A stretch of DNA of 64,000 bases from Candidatus Atabeyarchaeum deiterrae (GCA_037310415.1 CP147780.1:864001-928000); one strand, 5' to 3'. Shown: positions 19,520 to 30,385, counted from the stretch's first letter. The notes: generated by a model from the sequence alone, not told the origin. Made by a program: numbers and translations.

Positions 19520-20055
19520 CCCTCTGCTCCCCCATTTTCACATTCAGCTACCAGTTTGTCTAATCCCATCGCCTTGATGATCTTTCGTACTTCCTCTACG
19601 TTAGCGGTGGGGGCAGGGGAGAGACCAAGCGACTCCCTTCTCTTGGTTATTGCTGGCATCAGTGGAATTGACCAACCAGTAGAATATATCTGATTCAGCT
19701 CAGCTTTGATGTGCTCTTTAACGTCTCCATTTTGGGTTGCCTTATTCCGTAAGGCTAGTATTACATGTGACGGTTTGACTTGTTGAGGGCATCGTTCCAC
19801 ACAGGCGTGGCAGAGTAGGCATAACCATATGCTGGACGGTGAAATCTTGTCTTCTTTTTTCAGTAGAAATCTTTGCACGATCTTCCTAGGATTGAAGTCA
19901 GCATTTCTCTTGGCTATGGGACACCCACCTGTGCAGATGCCGCACTGATAACAAGGTTTCACCATGTGCTGGGCTTCCGCTTCTAGAGTATCATCTGTAA
20001 CGTCGAAAGGCTTGCTGGGTTTGGGGGTATCAGCGCTTGCTTCTTGTTGTTGCGT
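19516..20055 (-). CDS. hdrC: Heterodisulfide reductase subunit C (first ATG at 19965; possible ACG start at 20055)
   Basis: CYQCGICTGGCP and WLCLLCHACVERCP; open frame extends back to an ACG 9 nt after GGAGG. Confidence 0.88.
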   Translation of the reverse strand, partial: TQQQEASADTPKPSKPFDVTDDTLEAEAQHMVKPCYQCGICTGGCPIAKRNADFNPRKIVQRFLLKKEDKISPSSIWLCLLCHACVERCPQQVKPSHVILALRNKATQNGDVKEHIKAELNQIYSTGWSIPLMPAITKRRESLGLSPAPTANVEEVRKIIKAMGLDKLVAECENGGAEG

Positions 20056-20091
20056 ATATCTCTGCCTCCGTTCGCTGCGGCGCGCGTTAGC

Positions 20092-20862
20092 TCAATTTAG
20101 CAGTGGCTCTTCTAATAGTATCTTTCTAACTGCTTGAAATGCTTTTGAGTTTTCAGGTAGCTCAAGCAATGAACGTCCTTCCATATTGTATTTTGCCACC
20201 AACTCATCGCTAGGTACAATTCCACCGTAGTCAGCTCCTATCTCTTCAGCTTTTTTTCTAATCATGTCCCCAAGTTCCTCTGGCAGACGATTACCCAGAA
20301 GAACCATTCTCTCAATCTTATTTCCCTCAATCTTCTCGGTAAACTTCTTTATCCTTGCGGCGGTTTCTAGACCCATACGTGATGAATCAGTAAGAACATA
20401 CATCAGATCAACGCTACGAGAAGTCCTCCTTGTTATGTGTTCAAGTCCAGCTGGGAGATCCATGATTACCAAGCGGTAGTTCTTTGCAAGTGTATCAACT
20501 ATATTGGCCAGCATAACATTGGGCATGCAGAAGCATCCCTCTTTCTCCACTGCTCCCATCACAAGGAGATCAAACTGTTCTCCTTCGTGAAGTAAGCCGA
20601 ATATTTTTGTCTCAAGGAATGCGTCCTTGTTGAAGTCTTTGGGTAGACTATCAATCTTATCCTTCATATCATGGACAGCCATAGCTACCGTTCCCTTAAC
20701 GTCGACATTGAGAACTTCACGCATATTGGCATCAGGATCGGCATCAACAACCAGGATTCTGTCCAATCCATTAGACAGGAATGATTTCAATACTAGGGCC
20801 ATAAATGATGTTTTGCCCACGCCGCCTTTGCCGGATGAAGCAATAGTAATGCCATCTTTCAA
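20092..20862 (-). CDS. cooC: CooC/AcsF-type nickel-insertion ATPase
   Basis: GKGGVGKT, VDADP, GCFC, D.PAGLEH. Confidence 0.85.
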   Translation of the reverse strand: MKDGITIASSGKGGVGKTSFMALVLKSFLSNGLDRILVVDADPDANMREVLNVDVKGTVAMAVHDMKDKIDSLPKDFNKDAFLETKIFGLLHEGEQFDLLVMGAVEKEGCFCMPNVMLANIVDTLAKNYRLVIMDLPAGLEHITRRTSRSVDLMYVLTDSSRMGLETAARIKKFTEKIEGNKIERMVLLGNRLPEELGDMIRKKAEEIGADYGGIVPSDELVAKYNMEGRSLLELPENSKAFQAVRKILLEEPLLN

Positions 20863-21210
20863 TCAACTCACCAGTCAAATGACCGTCTTTAGGCATGATT
20901 AGTCGATGAAATGACTTAGCGAGATGGATTCTTTTAAACATAATCCTTACTCGAAGAGCGCATACACCTCAGCATATTGCCATGTCATTATCATCAAGAG
21001 TTCGTCGACTGGATTAGAGTCTGGCAAGTAACTTTGTTAACTACCACGGCTCAATACTAATTCCATTTGCCTGCACGAAGCACCATTCGTTTTTTTGAAT
21101 AGGTCTGCTACAACATAAAGACTCATTAATGAATCCTTAATCTTATAACATCTGAGAGTCAAAACTCAGTAGCTCCTTGTTATAACGGCAAAGCTAGAGA
21201 TGTTGACAAG

Positions 21211-22512
21211 GTGAATCGTTTCTTGAAAGCAGTAATAATGGCTGCTGGCGAAGGCGTTAGATTACAACCGCTGAGTCTTACCAGACCCAAAGTGATGTTG
21301 CCTGTTGCAGGTAAGCCAATCCTGCAGATTATCGTTGAGTCGCTAAAAGAATCTGGAATTGACGACATCTGTATGATAGTTGGTTATCTTCAGGAGAAGA
21401 TAAGTGCCTTTTTTGGCAATGGTTCTCAACTTGGAGTTAGAATTGAATATATTGAGCAGAAGAAAGCTCGTGGCACCGCAGATGCAGTGTCTTTGACGGA
21501 GGATTTCGTTGATGGTGAAGACTTCTTGCTGTCTAACGGAGACGTTCTCATCAAGTGTAATGAGTATGGAAAGCTACTTGAGCGTCACAAGAAAGAATCC
21601 GCTGATGTTACAATGGCTGTATTTCAGGTGAATGATCCGACGCAGTTCGGAATAGCTGAGGTTACAGGCGACGGCGAAGTCACGAGGATCATTGAAAAAC
21701 CAGCTCCAGATCAAACAACGAGCAGTCTGGCAAATTGTGGTGTCTATGTCCTCTCGAGCAGAATGTTCGACGCGATAAGGAAGACAGAAAAATCGACGAG
21801 AGGAGAATACGAGATAACAGAGTCAATACAGTACCTTATAGATCAAAGAAGTGGAAGAGTAACTGCACACAGAATCAGTGATTGGTGGTTGCACATAGGC
21901 AAACCATGGGATCTGCTAGAAGCAAATGAGTTACTGGTCAAAGAGCAGAGCGGTGAATACCATCTTGAGGGAAAAACCGAGAACTTCGTGACCATAAAAC
22001 CACCAGTAGGGCTTGGCAAAGACTCCATTCTCCGGGCAGGAACATACATAGAGGGACCTGTAATCATAGGACAGAATTGCGACATCGGACCCAACGTCTT
22101 CATTCGACCTTTTACATCAATAGGAAACAAGTGTCGCATAGGAAACGCATGCGAAATAAAAAACAGCATAATCATGAATAACAGTCGGATCCCCCACCTG
22201 TCGTATGTTGGAGACAGCATAATTGGCGAGAACGTGAATTTGGGGGCGGGCACGATAACTGCAAATCTCCGACTCGATGAAAAGCCTGTATTCGTAACAG
22301 TGAAAGGCCAACGCGTCAACAGCGAAAGAAAAAAGTTGGGCGCCTTAATAGGAGATAACGTCAAAACTGGCATAGGAGTGACAATAATGCCTGGTGTTAC
22401 AGTAGGACCTGACAGTGCAATAGGTGCAAATACCATAGTGGATTTCGATGTTCCAAGAGGTACCTTCGCATACACGAAAAAGGAAGTAGTAAACAGAAAC
22501 TGGGAAACCTGA
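21211..22512 (+). CDS. glmU: Bifunctional sugar-1-P nucleotidyltransferase/acetyltransferase
   Basis: AAGEGVRLQPL..RPK, RGEYEIT, hexapeptide repeats, HLSYVGDS, GAGTITANLR. Confidence 0.9.
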   Translation: MNRFLKAVIMAAGEGVRLQPLSLTRPKVMLPVAGKPILQIIVESLKESGIDDICMIVGYLQEKISAFFGNGSQLGVRIEYIEQKKARGTADAVSLTEDFVDGEDFLLSNGDVLIKCNEYGKLLERHKKESADVTMAVFQVNDPTQFGIAEVTGDGEVTRIIEKPAPDQTTSSLANCGVYVLSSRMFDAIRKTEKSTRGEYEITESIQYLIDQRSGRVTAHRISDWWLHIGKPWDLLEANELLVKEQSGEYHLEGKTENFVTIKPPVGLGKDSILRAGTYIEGPVIIGQNCDIGPNVFIRPFTSIGNKCRIGNACEIKNSIIMNNSRIPHLSYVGDSIIGENVNLGAGTITANLRLDEKPVFVTVKGQRVNSERKKLGALIGDNVKTGIGVTIMPGVTVGPDSAIGANTIVDFDVPRGTFAYTKKEVVNRNWET

Positions 22513-22521
22513 GAAAGTGAC

Positions 22522-22966
22522 TCAGATGTAGTCATCAAGCTTGACATTTTCTTCTCCCGGGATTCTTATTCTCTCGAAGTTCTGTTTGGGTTTAGACAGC
22601 GGTATCGTCGCGTCGATTCCTACCTTGGTCGTTGACAAGGTTATCTGGTCAGCTGATGGGTCTAAGCTCGAGCCTCTTGCTACCGAGAATACTATTAGTC
22701 CCTTGTCACCTTGGAGTCTTGTTGCCATGGCATACTCGACATCCGAAGGATCATCCACATTAATGTCATCATCAACAGCTGTGGCTGTCTTTAGGGATGG
22801 ATGAGCTGCAAAAGCAGCTATTATGGCGTTTTTCCCATCGCCTTCGGTCCAGCTTGCTTAGTAGTGCGGCTGCCTCGAACTTGGGTGAAACTTACCTCTT
22901 GATTCGGACTAAATCACTTTCATCAATTGTCTCAAGGAAGCCCCTCAGACTCGAATTGCTCGTCAT
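22522..22966 (-). pseudogene. UbiD-family decarboxylase (probable anhydromevalonate-phosphate decarboxylase) remnant
   Basis: N-terminus MTSNSSLRGFLETIDESDLVRIKR*VSPKFEAAALL (TAA at 22892-22894) joined out of frame near 22848 to C-terminus EGDGKNAIIAAFAAHPSLK..VDDDINVDDP..VEYAMATR..GSSLDPS..KVGIDAT; most of the middle is missing. Confidence 0.88.
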
Positions 22967-23085
22967 TTAACATCAACTGCCATCTAACCCGTTGATAGAT
23001 TAATCATATCACACAATCCAATATTATTGTTGGAGCCAATAACCTTCTTCGAACATGGTTATTTAGTGACTCCTATGTATAATAA

Positions 23086-24297
23086 TTGACGGGGACGAGA
23101 GACCTTTTGCATTTGACGACAATCGAGGAGAAGATGCTTAGAGGGGAGTTCGGACGTGCAGTCGAGAAGTCAATGCAACTTCTCATAGTTTTGGGCGAAG
23201 CCTTCGGAGCCGAGGCGCTAATTCCAGTTGACAGTGTTCAGATCTCAGGGGTATCTTATCAGAACATTGGTGACGCTGGACTGGAGTACCTTGAAGACCT
23301 AGCTAGAATCGGAGGCAAAGTCTCTGTCAACTCCACTCTTAACCCTGCAGGCATAGATATCTTGAATTGGAAGGAAATGAAGGTCCCAGGGGATTTCGCT
23401 GAGAAGCAAACTAAGATTCTCGAAGCATATGAGTCGATAGGAGCAACTCCAAGTTGCACATGCACGCCTTACATTGCCGGTAACCTTCCAAGATGTGGTC
23501 AGCATATAGCTTGGGCCGAATCGTCTGCTGTTGTATTCGCCAACTCAGTAGTGGGAGCGTACACGAATAGAGAAGGAGGGCCTTCAGCTCTCGCATCAGC
23601 TATAACTGGAAGAACTCCCTTCTTCGGGTATCACTTAGAGGATGAACGCCAGCCAACCCATTTAATCAGTATTGAAACCCAGCTTGACACGACCACTGAT
23701 TACAGTAAGTTGGGATACTATGTGGGGAAACGGATAGGTCGAGGCGTCCCACTCCTTAGGAATCTACATAGTTCTGACTGGGATAATTTGAAAGCCCTCT
23801 CGGCAGGTCTAGCTACCTCAGGCGGAATAGCCATGTTCCTGCCATTCCAACCAAACAGGCATAGTAAAATGGAGAAGCACCTAGAAAAGATTGCGGTTGA
23901 CAGCAAGGAACTAGATTCATCGGTTGGTATGTTTTCAAAGGACGATAGTGAGGCAGAGCTAGTTTGCGTAGGGTGCCCACACTTCAGCCCAATGGAACTG
24001 AATAATCTTAGTAAAGCGATCGAAGGAAGGAAAGTAAAGGATGGAATCGACTTTTGGGTATGCACGTCCGGTTACGTTGCACGGGAAGTAATCAGCCATG
24101 ACATTGTAAAGCAACTTTCAAGAGCTGGTGTCAGAATCGTTTCAGACACGTGCTTCGTGGCTTCTCCTTTGAAAGAAATGGGTTACAGAAACATTGTAAC
24201 AAATTCATGCAAAGGAGCCCACTACTTGTCTTCGTCGTTCAACGTTGGACTCAGAACCCTGAGTGAAATCGTAAGAACCTTCACAGACACCTGCTGA
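23086..24297 (+). CDS. Aconitase X catalytic subunit / phosphomevalonate dehydratase large subunit
   Basis: QISGVSY, TLNPAG, TCTPY, AWAESSA, TNREGGPSAL, GCPH, DTC. Confidence 0.88.
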   Translation: MTGTRDLLHLTTIEEKMLRGEFGRAVEKSMQLLIVLGEAFGAEALIPVDSVQISGVSYQNIGDAGLEYLEDLARIGGKVSVNSTLNPAGIDILNWKEMKVPGDFAEKQTKILEAYESIGATPSCTCTPYIAGNLPRCGQHIAWAESSAVVFANSVVGAYTNREGGPSALASAITGRTPFFGYHLEDERQPTHLISIETQLDTTTDYSKLGYYVGKRIGRGVPLLRNLHSSDWDNLKALSAGLATSGGIAMFLPFQPNRHSKMEKHLEKIAVDSKELDSSVGMFSKDDSEAELVCVGCPHFSPMELNNLSKAIEGRKVKDGIDFWVCTSGYVAREVISHDIVKQLSRAGVRIVSDTCFVASPLKEMGYRNIVTNSCKGAHYLSSSFNVGLRTLSEIVRTFTDTC

Positions 24298-24726
24298 CTG
24301 TGCTGTTCAGTTCTCCTATGAATTCTCACCAATCCCTTATCACCTACGACTTCAACGTAGTCCCCCGTCCTTATTGCCTGAGTAGGATCCTTGTTAAGTC
24401 TATCCACTAACGGAATCTCTGCAATGACAGCTCCGACCGTTATTATGGTCTCTGCTTCTCTGTTGACTATAGCTACGGGCGCAGTCTTCATCTTCGCCAT
24501 AGGGTAGATGATATAAGAGCCAACGGTCGACCCCTTGCCGTGACGGAACACCAAGACTCTTCCAGCTATGTTTACGCCTTCGAGTTCATGCCCCTTCTCT
24601 ATTATGATTCCTGACTTTGAGTCAACTCCACCCAAGAAAGAGATGGGCTCTCTAGTCACCACGGCGAATCCCTTCCCCGTTTGCCTTGACCAGCCCTCGC
24701 CCCTTCAATGTGACAATGCCACTCAT
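24222..24726 (-). pseudogene. Aconitase X swiveling (DUF126) / phosphomevalonate dehydratase small subunit, frameshifted
   Basis: ATG at 24726 gives MSGIVTLKGRGLVK then TAG; the conserved VVTREPISFLGGVD..GKGSTVGS lies in the +1 frame (extra base near 24680); C-terminus runs into the opposite gene. Confidence 0.75.
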
Positions 24727-24916
24727 GGACTCAGCCCTCTCAACTCGCAGACTTAATAGCCACACTAAGATGCTTTTATAAGTACATATACAACTTCTAT
24801 TCATTCACGAATAGTAATATCAACCATGTCAGATGGAATGCCTTCCAACCACTCAGCGAATCACTTCCTAATCCTTAGGCCTGGACGCATAGGATGGGCG
24901 GGAGAAGTCTTCTCTT

Positions 24917-25597
24917 TTGGAACGAAAAATGATCAAACTTGAAGACGTCTCGAAAATCTACCTTTTCGGCAAGAGAAAGATAGTAGCTTTGAGCAACATC
25001 GACCTAGAGGTCGAAGAAGCAGAATTCCTTGCAATCAAAGGACCATCCGGAGCTGGCAAAAGCACTCTTCTCAATATCATCGCTGGGCTAGATACCCCAA
25101 CAACTGGAAAAGTGAAAGTCCTAGACGAGGAGATGGAAACCGCTAGTGAAGACTTCCTTTCAGCATTCCGTTCCGCTAATTTGGGATTCGTTTTTCAAAA
25201 CTACAACCTGATTTCAACGTTCACAGCCATCGAGAACGTGGAGTTTCCTCTCGAGATAAGTGGGAAGAGTTTCGAGCAGTCTGCGAGAGTAGCTAAAACC
25301 CTTCTGCGGCGCATGGGCTTGGAGCATAGAGCTCTGCATCTTCCAGCGCAACTTAGCGGTGGAGAACAGCAACGGCTGGCTTTTGCCAGAGCAATAGCCA
25401 ACGACCCTCCGATTTTGCTTGCCGATGAACCAACTGGAAATCTGGATGAGGCATCAGAGCAGAAAATCGTTGATATTCTTGCTGGACTCAAGCGACATGG
25501 TAAGACGATCATTGCATCAACACATGATGAGAATATTCTGAGATTAGCCGACCGAATTGTCTGTCTCAAGGATGGGAGGATCAGTAATGCCCGTTAG
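24917..25597 (+). CDS. LolD/MacB-type ABC transporter ATPase
   Basis: GPSGAGKS, LSGGEQQR, LLADEPTGNLD, THD. Confidence 0.93.
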   Translation: MERKMIKLEDVSKIYLFGKRKIVALSNIDLEVEEAEFLAIKGPSGAGKSTLLNIIAGLDTPTTGKVKVLDEEMETASEDFLSAFRSANLGFVFQNYNLISTFTAIENVEFPLEISGKSFEQSARVAKTLLRRMGLEHRALHLPAQLSGGEQQRLAFARAIANDPPILLADEPTGNLDEASEQKIVDILAGLKRHGKTIIASTHDENILRLADRIVCLKDGRISNAR

Positions 25598-27473
25598 CTC
25601 TCTGCAAGATCTTTGGCGGTCAAAGAACCGCTACTCCTCCAGCATAGCTGCAGCCACGACATCTTTTGCTACTGCCACCTTCACAATCATGTTGGGCACC
25701 TCTATAGGCGTACGCATTGACCTGACCTCCCTTTCCAAGGCATCCGTCGGATTTAGAGGCATATTCTCATCATTCATCCTCATAACCATAGTCTTCTCTT
25801 TCATACTTTCCTTGATAACTTTCACAAACCTGACGGCAACCATGATGAACAATCGATCAAAAGACATTGCCATTCTCAAGGCGTCAGGTGGAAGCATTCA
25901 CAAAATCTATTCCCACTTCATAACCCAGGTTATTGAATTATCACTTATTGTCGGCGGCCTTAGCATATTCATTGGCGTGTTGATATATAGTTTCGTCTAC
26001 TTCATCCTGAACTACTTGCTTGGACTCAGCCTGCAGTTCTCAATACCATCTTTCCAGCTACTCGCTACACTTTTGATACTAATCGTGTCTTGCATCATCT
26101 TTAGCCACAGATATGTTGCTAGAGCTGCAAGAGTCCGAGTAGCTGAGACGTTATCACCTCAGATCCGCAACATCGAAATTCTGAGCACCGAAGGATGGTT
26201 TGAGAGAAGAATCAGTAAGCCTGGGTCGCCAGCTAGAATAGCTTTTAGGAACGTCAAAAGAACAAAACCCTTCGCTCTGAGATTAGCCGCATGCATTTTT
26301 CTTTCAATGATCATAACAACGTCAATAACGGTAGGCGGAGTTGTAGGAGACCAAACTACTGTCAGTTACGTTCGCCGTGCCATCAGTGAAGACTTCATCT
26401 TTGTCGGACACCAAGAAATGTGGGTCCAGTATTCGAGCTTGGTTGGTTTCCAAACATCACCAGCATACAACCCCAACTTCAACTATACGAGAATTGAGTA
26501 CGAGATGAACGCATCAACCATAGCCAATATAGCATTATTGCCTGGTGTGACTGGAGTTGATCCACGTCTCATTTGCGAAACAACCCTCCGCGAACTGAAA
26601 GTTCCAGTGATAACTGGAGAGAATCAATACCAGATGGTTGGCGATGACAGGAGCGCAAAAGTCCTAGTGAGTGGTGTTGAACCAGACAAAGTAATCAGTG
26701 ATTGGCTTATTTCGGGCAGATTCATCAATTCAAGTGATTACCCAAATGTCCCAAGAGCATTCTCAAGAATAGCGATTGGAGACTCACTGGAGACAATCTT
26801 CGAAGACACCACTATTGAGAAGGCCAGCATCCTCGGAAAAGAATTCACCATTGCAGGTTCAGTGCTAGACCCGATAAACTCGGGTTGGACCGTGTATATG
26901 CTGCACAGTGCTCTCGCCAACACAACGCCGACATTTCAAGCATATAATGGATACAACATGGCACTAGTGAGGTGTAATCCTAATAGTTATGCTAGCACGC
27001 TTTCAATCATCCAGAATAACCTTACAAAGTATGGCCTCTCAGCCTTTCCAATGAGACCAGTCGTGCTCGACTTGATCGACTACGTGCATTCAACGTGGCT
27101 GACAGCCCTCGTGCCTGCTATACTCCTAATCTTAACACTGATTCTAAGCGTAATAAGCTACATCAACCTCACTTTTGAGACGGAGAAACGAGACTTCGGC
27201 GTGATGCGAGGAATTGGTGCTACACCGAGACACATTAGGAAGACAATAATGACGCAAGGCATAGTCGTGTCAGCATGGCCCGGCGTCGCTGGGATCCTCA
27301 CAGGTCTAATAATCTCGCTGTGGTTCTTGGTTCCAGCGGCAACGGCGTCCCTCTTGTCAATCATATTGTCAATAGCTCTGCTGTTAGCGCTACTATTCTC
27401 AGCTAGCGTGCTCGCCTCATCAATTATCTCAAGACGTACGTCCCGAAAACCAACTATGGAGATCATTAGATGA
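25587..27473 (+). CDS. FtsX/MacB-like ABC permease
   Basis: Two FtsX-type repeats (R..DIAILKASG; KRDFGVMRGIGA), multiple TM segments, follows the ATPase. Confidence 0.85.
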   Translation: MPVSSLQDLWRSKNRYSSSIAAATTSFATATFTIMLGTSIGVRIDLTSLSKASVGFRGIFSSFILITIVFSFILSLITFTNLTATMMNNRSKDIAILKASGGSIHKIYSHFITQVIELSLIVGGLSIFIGVLIYSFVYFILNYLLGLSLQFSIPSFQLLATLLILIVSCIIFSHRYVARAARVRVAETLSPQIRNIEILSTEGWFERRISKPGSPARIAFRNVKRTKPFALRLAACIFLSMIITTSITVGGVVGDQTTVSYVRRAISEDFIFVGHQEMWVQYSSLVGFQTSPAYNPNFNYTRIEYEMNASTIANIALLPGVTGVDPRLICETTLRELKVPVITGENQYQMVGDDRSAKVLVSGVEPDKVISDWLISGRFINSSDYPNVPRAFSRIAIGDSLETIFEDTTIEKASILGKEFTIAGSVLDPINSGWTVYMLHSALANTTPTFQAYNGYNMALVRCNPNSYASTLSIIQNNLTKYGLSAFPMRPVVLDLIDYVHSTWLTALVPAILLILTLILSVISYINLTFETEKRDFGVMRGIGATPRHIRKTIMTQGIVVSAWPGVAGILTGLIISLWFLVPAATASLLSIILSIALLLALLFSASVLASSIISRRTSRKPTMEIIR

Positions 27474-27507
27474 AACCTAGTAGATATTACGTTGGGTGTG
27501 ACCAGAA

Positions 27508-28875
27508 ATGGTGAAGTTGACCACTTACGGTGGAGTCTTTGAGATAGGTGGAAACAAGATACTCCTCCAAGATAGAGGTACAAGAGTCTTCCTGGACTTT
27601 GGTGTGAGCTTTTCTTCCGAAGCCAAGTACTTCAATGGTGGCATAGCTGCGCGCGGCGTGAATGGGGTAGGAGACTACCTAGAGTTCGACTTGCTACCAA
27701 GACTGGAGGGACTATACGCTGAAGAACAAATCAAGCCAACAACGATCCCCTACAAATCCCCAGAATATCAAGGCATACTCATCTCCCACGCACACATAGA
27801 TCACGTTGGCCATACGGATTTCTTGGATGAATCCATTCCAATCTACTGTGGTGAAACATGCAAGAGAATCCTCAGCGCTCTCGAGGAATCGAGTGCCTAC
27901 AAGTACAACTTGGCATCAACAAGATGTTTCAGAACGGGTGACAAGATACGAATAGACGACATTGAGATCGAGCCAATTCACGTCGACCATTCAATTCCCG
28001 GTGCTTACGGATTCATAATTCATACTTCGGAAGGGTGCGTCGTTTACACTGGTGACCTGAGAGTTCACGGAACGGCTGCCCACATGACTGAAGACTTCAT
28101 ATCGAAAGCAGAAGGAGAACGCCCACTAGTCTTGCTGTGCGAGGGAACAAGAGTTGAGCAAAAGGAACAACACAAACTGCATAGTGAATTGGAAGTGCGG
28201 AACAATGCAAGCGAGGTAGTAGCTAACTCCTCAAAACTGATAGCGACGTCATTCTATGGTAGAGACATCGACAGATTAAACACCTTCTACTCTATCGCCG
28301 TAGCCAACCATCGCAAGTTTGCAATACCACTGAAAACGGCGCTTCTACTAAGCAAACTTAAAGGAGACATTCACCTCAAGATCCCTGATGTTGGACACGA
28401 TGATAACGTACTCATCTATAAGAAGAGAAAGAAATCTGGAACATATGATAAGAAAGACTACTTCAACTGGGAGAGACAATTCCTTGACACAGCGGTCGAC
28501 CACAAATGGATCCATGAGAACCAATCAAAAATAATCCTCGCCATCGAACCCCGAGACTTCACAGAACTGATAGACATCAGACCAGAGGCAGGTGGACACT
28601 TCATCTACTCCATGAGCGAGGCTTACACAGAAGTAGAAGCGGTAAATGATGAGGTCCAAAAGAACTGGCTCAATCACTTCAAGATAGAATTCCATCAAAT
28701 CCACGCTTCAGGACATGCTCCACCCGAGGAAATAGGCATGATAATCAAACGCATAAAACCAAAGACGGTAATTCCGATTCACACAGAACACCCAGAGAAA
28801 TTCCAGGAGCTAATACCCAAGGACTCTTCAAGAATCGTGATCTTGAGGATATCAGAGAGCTATAATATGCCGTGA
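27508..28875 (+). CDS. MBL-fold beta-CASP nuclease (RNase J-like)
   Basis: GGVFEIGGN, SHAHIDH, VDHS, YTGDLR, HASGH, PIHTE. Confidence 0.87.
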   Translation: MVKLTTYGGVFEIGGNKILLQDRGTRVFLDFGVSFSSEAKYFNGGIAARGVNGVGDYLEFDLLPRLEGLYAEEQIKPTTIPYKSPEYQGILISHAHIDHVGHTDFLDESIPIYCGETCKRILSALEESSAYKYNLASTRCFRTGDKIRIDDIEIEPIHVDHSIPGAYGFIIHTSEGCVVYTGDLRVHGTAAHMTEDFISKAEGERPLVLLCEGTRVEQKEQHKLHSELEVRNNASEVVANSSKLIATSFYGRDIDRLNTFYSIAVANHRKFAIPLKTALLLSKLKGDIHLKIPDVGHDDNVLIYKKRKKSGTYDKKDYFNWERQFLDTAVDHKWIHENQSKIILAIEPRDFTELIDIRPEAGGHFIYSMSEAYTEVEAVNDEVQKNWLNHFKIEFHQIHASGHAPPEEIGMIIKRIKPKTVIPIHTEHPEKFQELIPKDSSRIVILRISESYNMP

Positions 28876-29134
28876 CCCTTCAGCCTTTTAAAGAAGCAAC
28901 TACAATGGATTCTCTTCTAGGATGTGAAGTTTGTCACGTTGCGCGTCCCTTTCTCGACCTAATCTAGAAACCAGTTGGAGAGACAATTGGAGATACTCGA
29001 AACGCCCGAGTCAGGGGGCTATTCATATAACCTGGCAACAAATCTCGTCAGTGTTAGATTGTTTTAAATACCTTGACAATTTAACCTTTCATCGATTCTA
29101 GTCAAAATCAAAGTCTTGGAGGATTAATTTCAAC

Positions 29135-30358
29135 ATGAAGCTGAACCGTAGTGTTGCTGTGGTAGGCGCGGGCATGACGAAGTTCGGGCGTCACGCTGAC
29201 CTATCTTCCAGAGAACTCTTTGTTGAAGCGTTCAACAAAACGATTGCCTCAGTTGATCGCAATCTTGAACAAAAGATGATCCAAGCGCTGTTCGTCGGAA
29301 ACTTCACAAGTGATCTGTTTGAACATCAAGGCCACACTGCACCACTGATGGCGGACTGGGCCGGTCTCTGTCCAATTCCAGCAACAAGAGTCGAAGGCGC
29401 ATGCGCATCAGGCGGCCTAGCTTTCCGGATGGGAGTACTCGCGATAGCATCTGGACTCTACGACGTCGTTTGTGTAGGCGGATACGAGAAGATGACCGGA
29501 CTTTCGACACCGGCAGCAACCGACGCGCTAGCTTGTGCTAGTGACACATCCTATGAAGGGATCCCAGGCGCAACCTTCCCAGGGCTATATGCCATGATGG
29601 CTGTCGCACATATGAAAAAGTACGGAAGCACGTGGGATATGCTTGCTAAGATCAGCCTCAAGAACCACCGAAACGGTTCGATAAACCCATTAGCGCAGTT
29701 CAACAAATCAATCGAAGACATTGCAAAAGGTAAAGGCTTCACAGATGTGATGAAATTCCTAAATGACATCAAGTCTAACCCTGTTGTAGCTTGGCCCTTA
29801 AGATTGTTTGATTGTAGCCCAATATCGGACGGAGCTGCCGCAGCGATCTTGGTTGCAGCGGACAAAGCAAAGACGTTCACAGACGCACCAGTCTATATTA
29901 TCGGAACGGGTCAAGGTTCAGCCTCAATGGGAATACACGACCGCGAAAACTTCACAACACTACCTTCAGCTATTGAAGCAAGCAAACAAGCATACAGGAT
30001 GGCGGGGGTAACACCAAAAGACATCCAGATAGCTGAAGTTCATGACTGCTTCACTATTGCAGAACTGATCGCTACGGAAGACCTCGGATTCTTCTTAAGG
30101 GGAGAAGGTGGAAAGGCAGCTGCCGAAGGGAGAACTGCAAGAGAGGGCGACAAACCGATTAACACGTCAGGCGGACTCAAATGCAAAGGTCACCCAGTCG
30201 GTGCTTCAGGCGTTGCTCAAATGGTCGAACAATTCGAACAACTCCGAGGAACAGCTGGCGGACGACAAGTGCCTGATGTAGAACTGAGCCTAACGCACAA
30301 TGTTGGAGGAAGTGGGGCCACAGCTGTCGTTCATATTCTTTCAAGAAACAAGCCTTAA
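29135..30358 (+). CDS. Thiolase (archaeal acetyl-CoA acetyltransferase type)
   Basis: EGACASG, DCSPISDGAAA, EVHDCF, KGHPVGASG, HNVGG. Confidence 0.93.
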   Translation: MKLNRSVAVVGAGMTKFGRHADLSSRELFVEAFNKTIASVDRNLEQKMIQALFVGNFTSDLFEHQGHTAPLMADWAGLCPIPATRVEGACASGGLAFRMGVLAIASGLYDVVCVGGYEKMTGLSTPAATDALACASDTSYEGIPGATFPGLYAMMAVAHMKKYGSTWDMLAKISLKNHRNGSINPLAQFNKSIEDIAKGKGFTDVMKFLNDIKSNPVVAWPLRLFDCSPISDGAAAAILVAADKAKTFTDAPVYIIGTGQGSASMGIHDRENFTTLPSAIEASKQAYRMAGVTPKDIQIAEVHDCFTIAELIATEDLGFFLRGEGGKAAAEGRTAREGDKPINTSGGLKCKGHPVGASGVAQMVEQFEQLRGTAGGRQVPDVELSLTHNVGGSGATAVVHILSRNKP

Positions 30359-30385
30359 TAACAAGAGAATGGAGGTCTTAGAGCG

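Noticed and set aside
21843-22547. 234-aa antisense ORF
   Set aside because: Shadow of glmU with no motifs.
22840-22900. Intron or recoding explanation for the broken UbiD gene
   Set aside because: Sequence is missing rather than inserted, and no BHB is visible at the junction.
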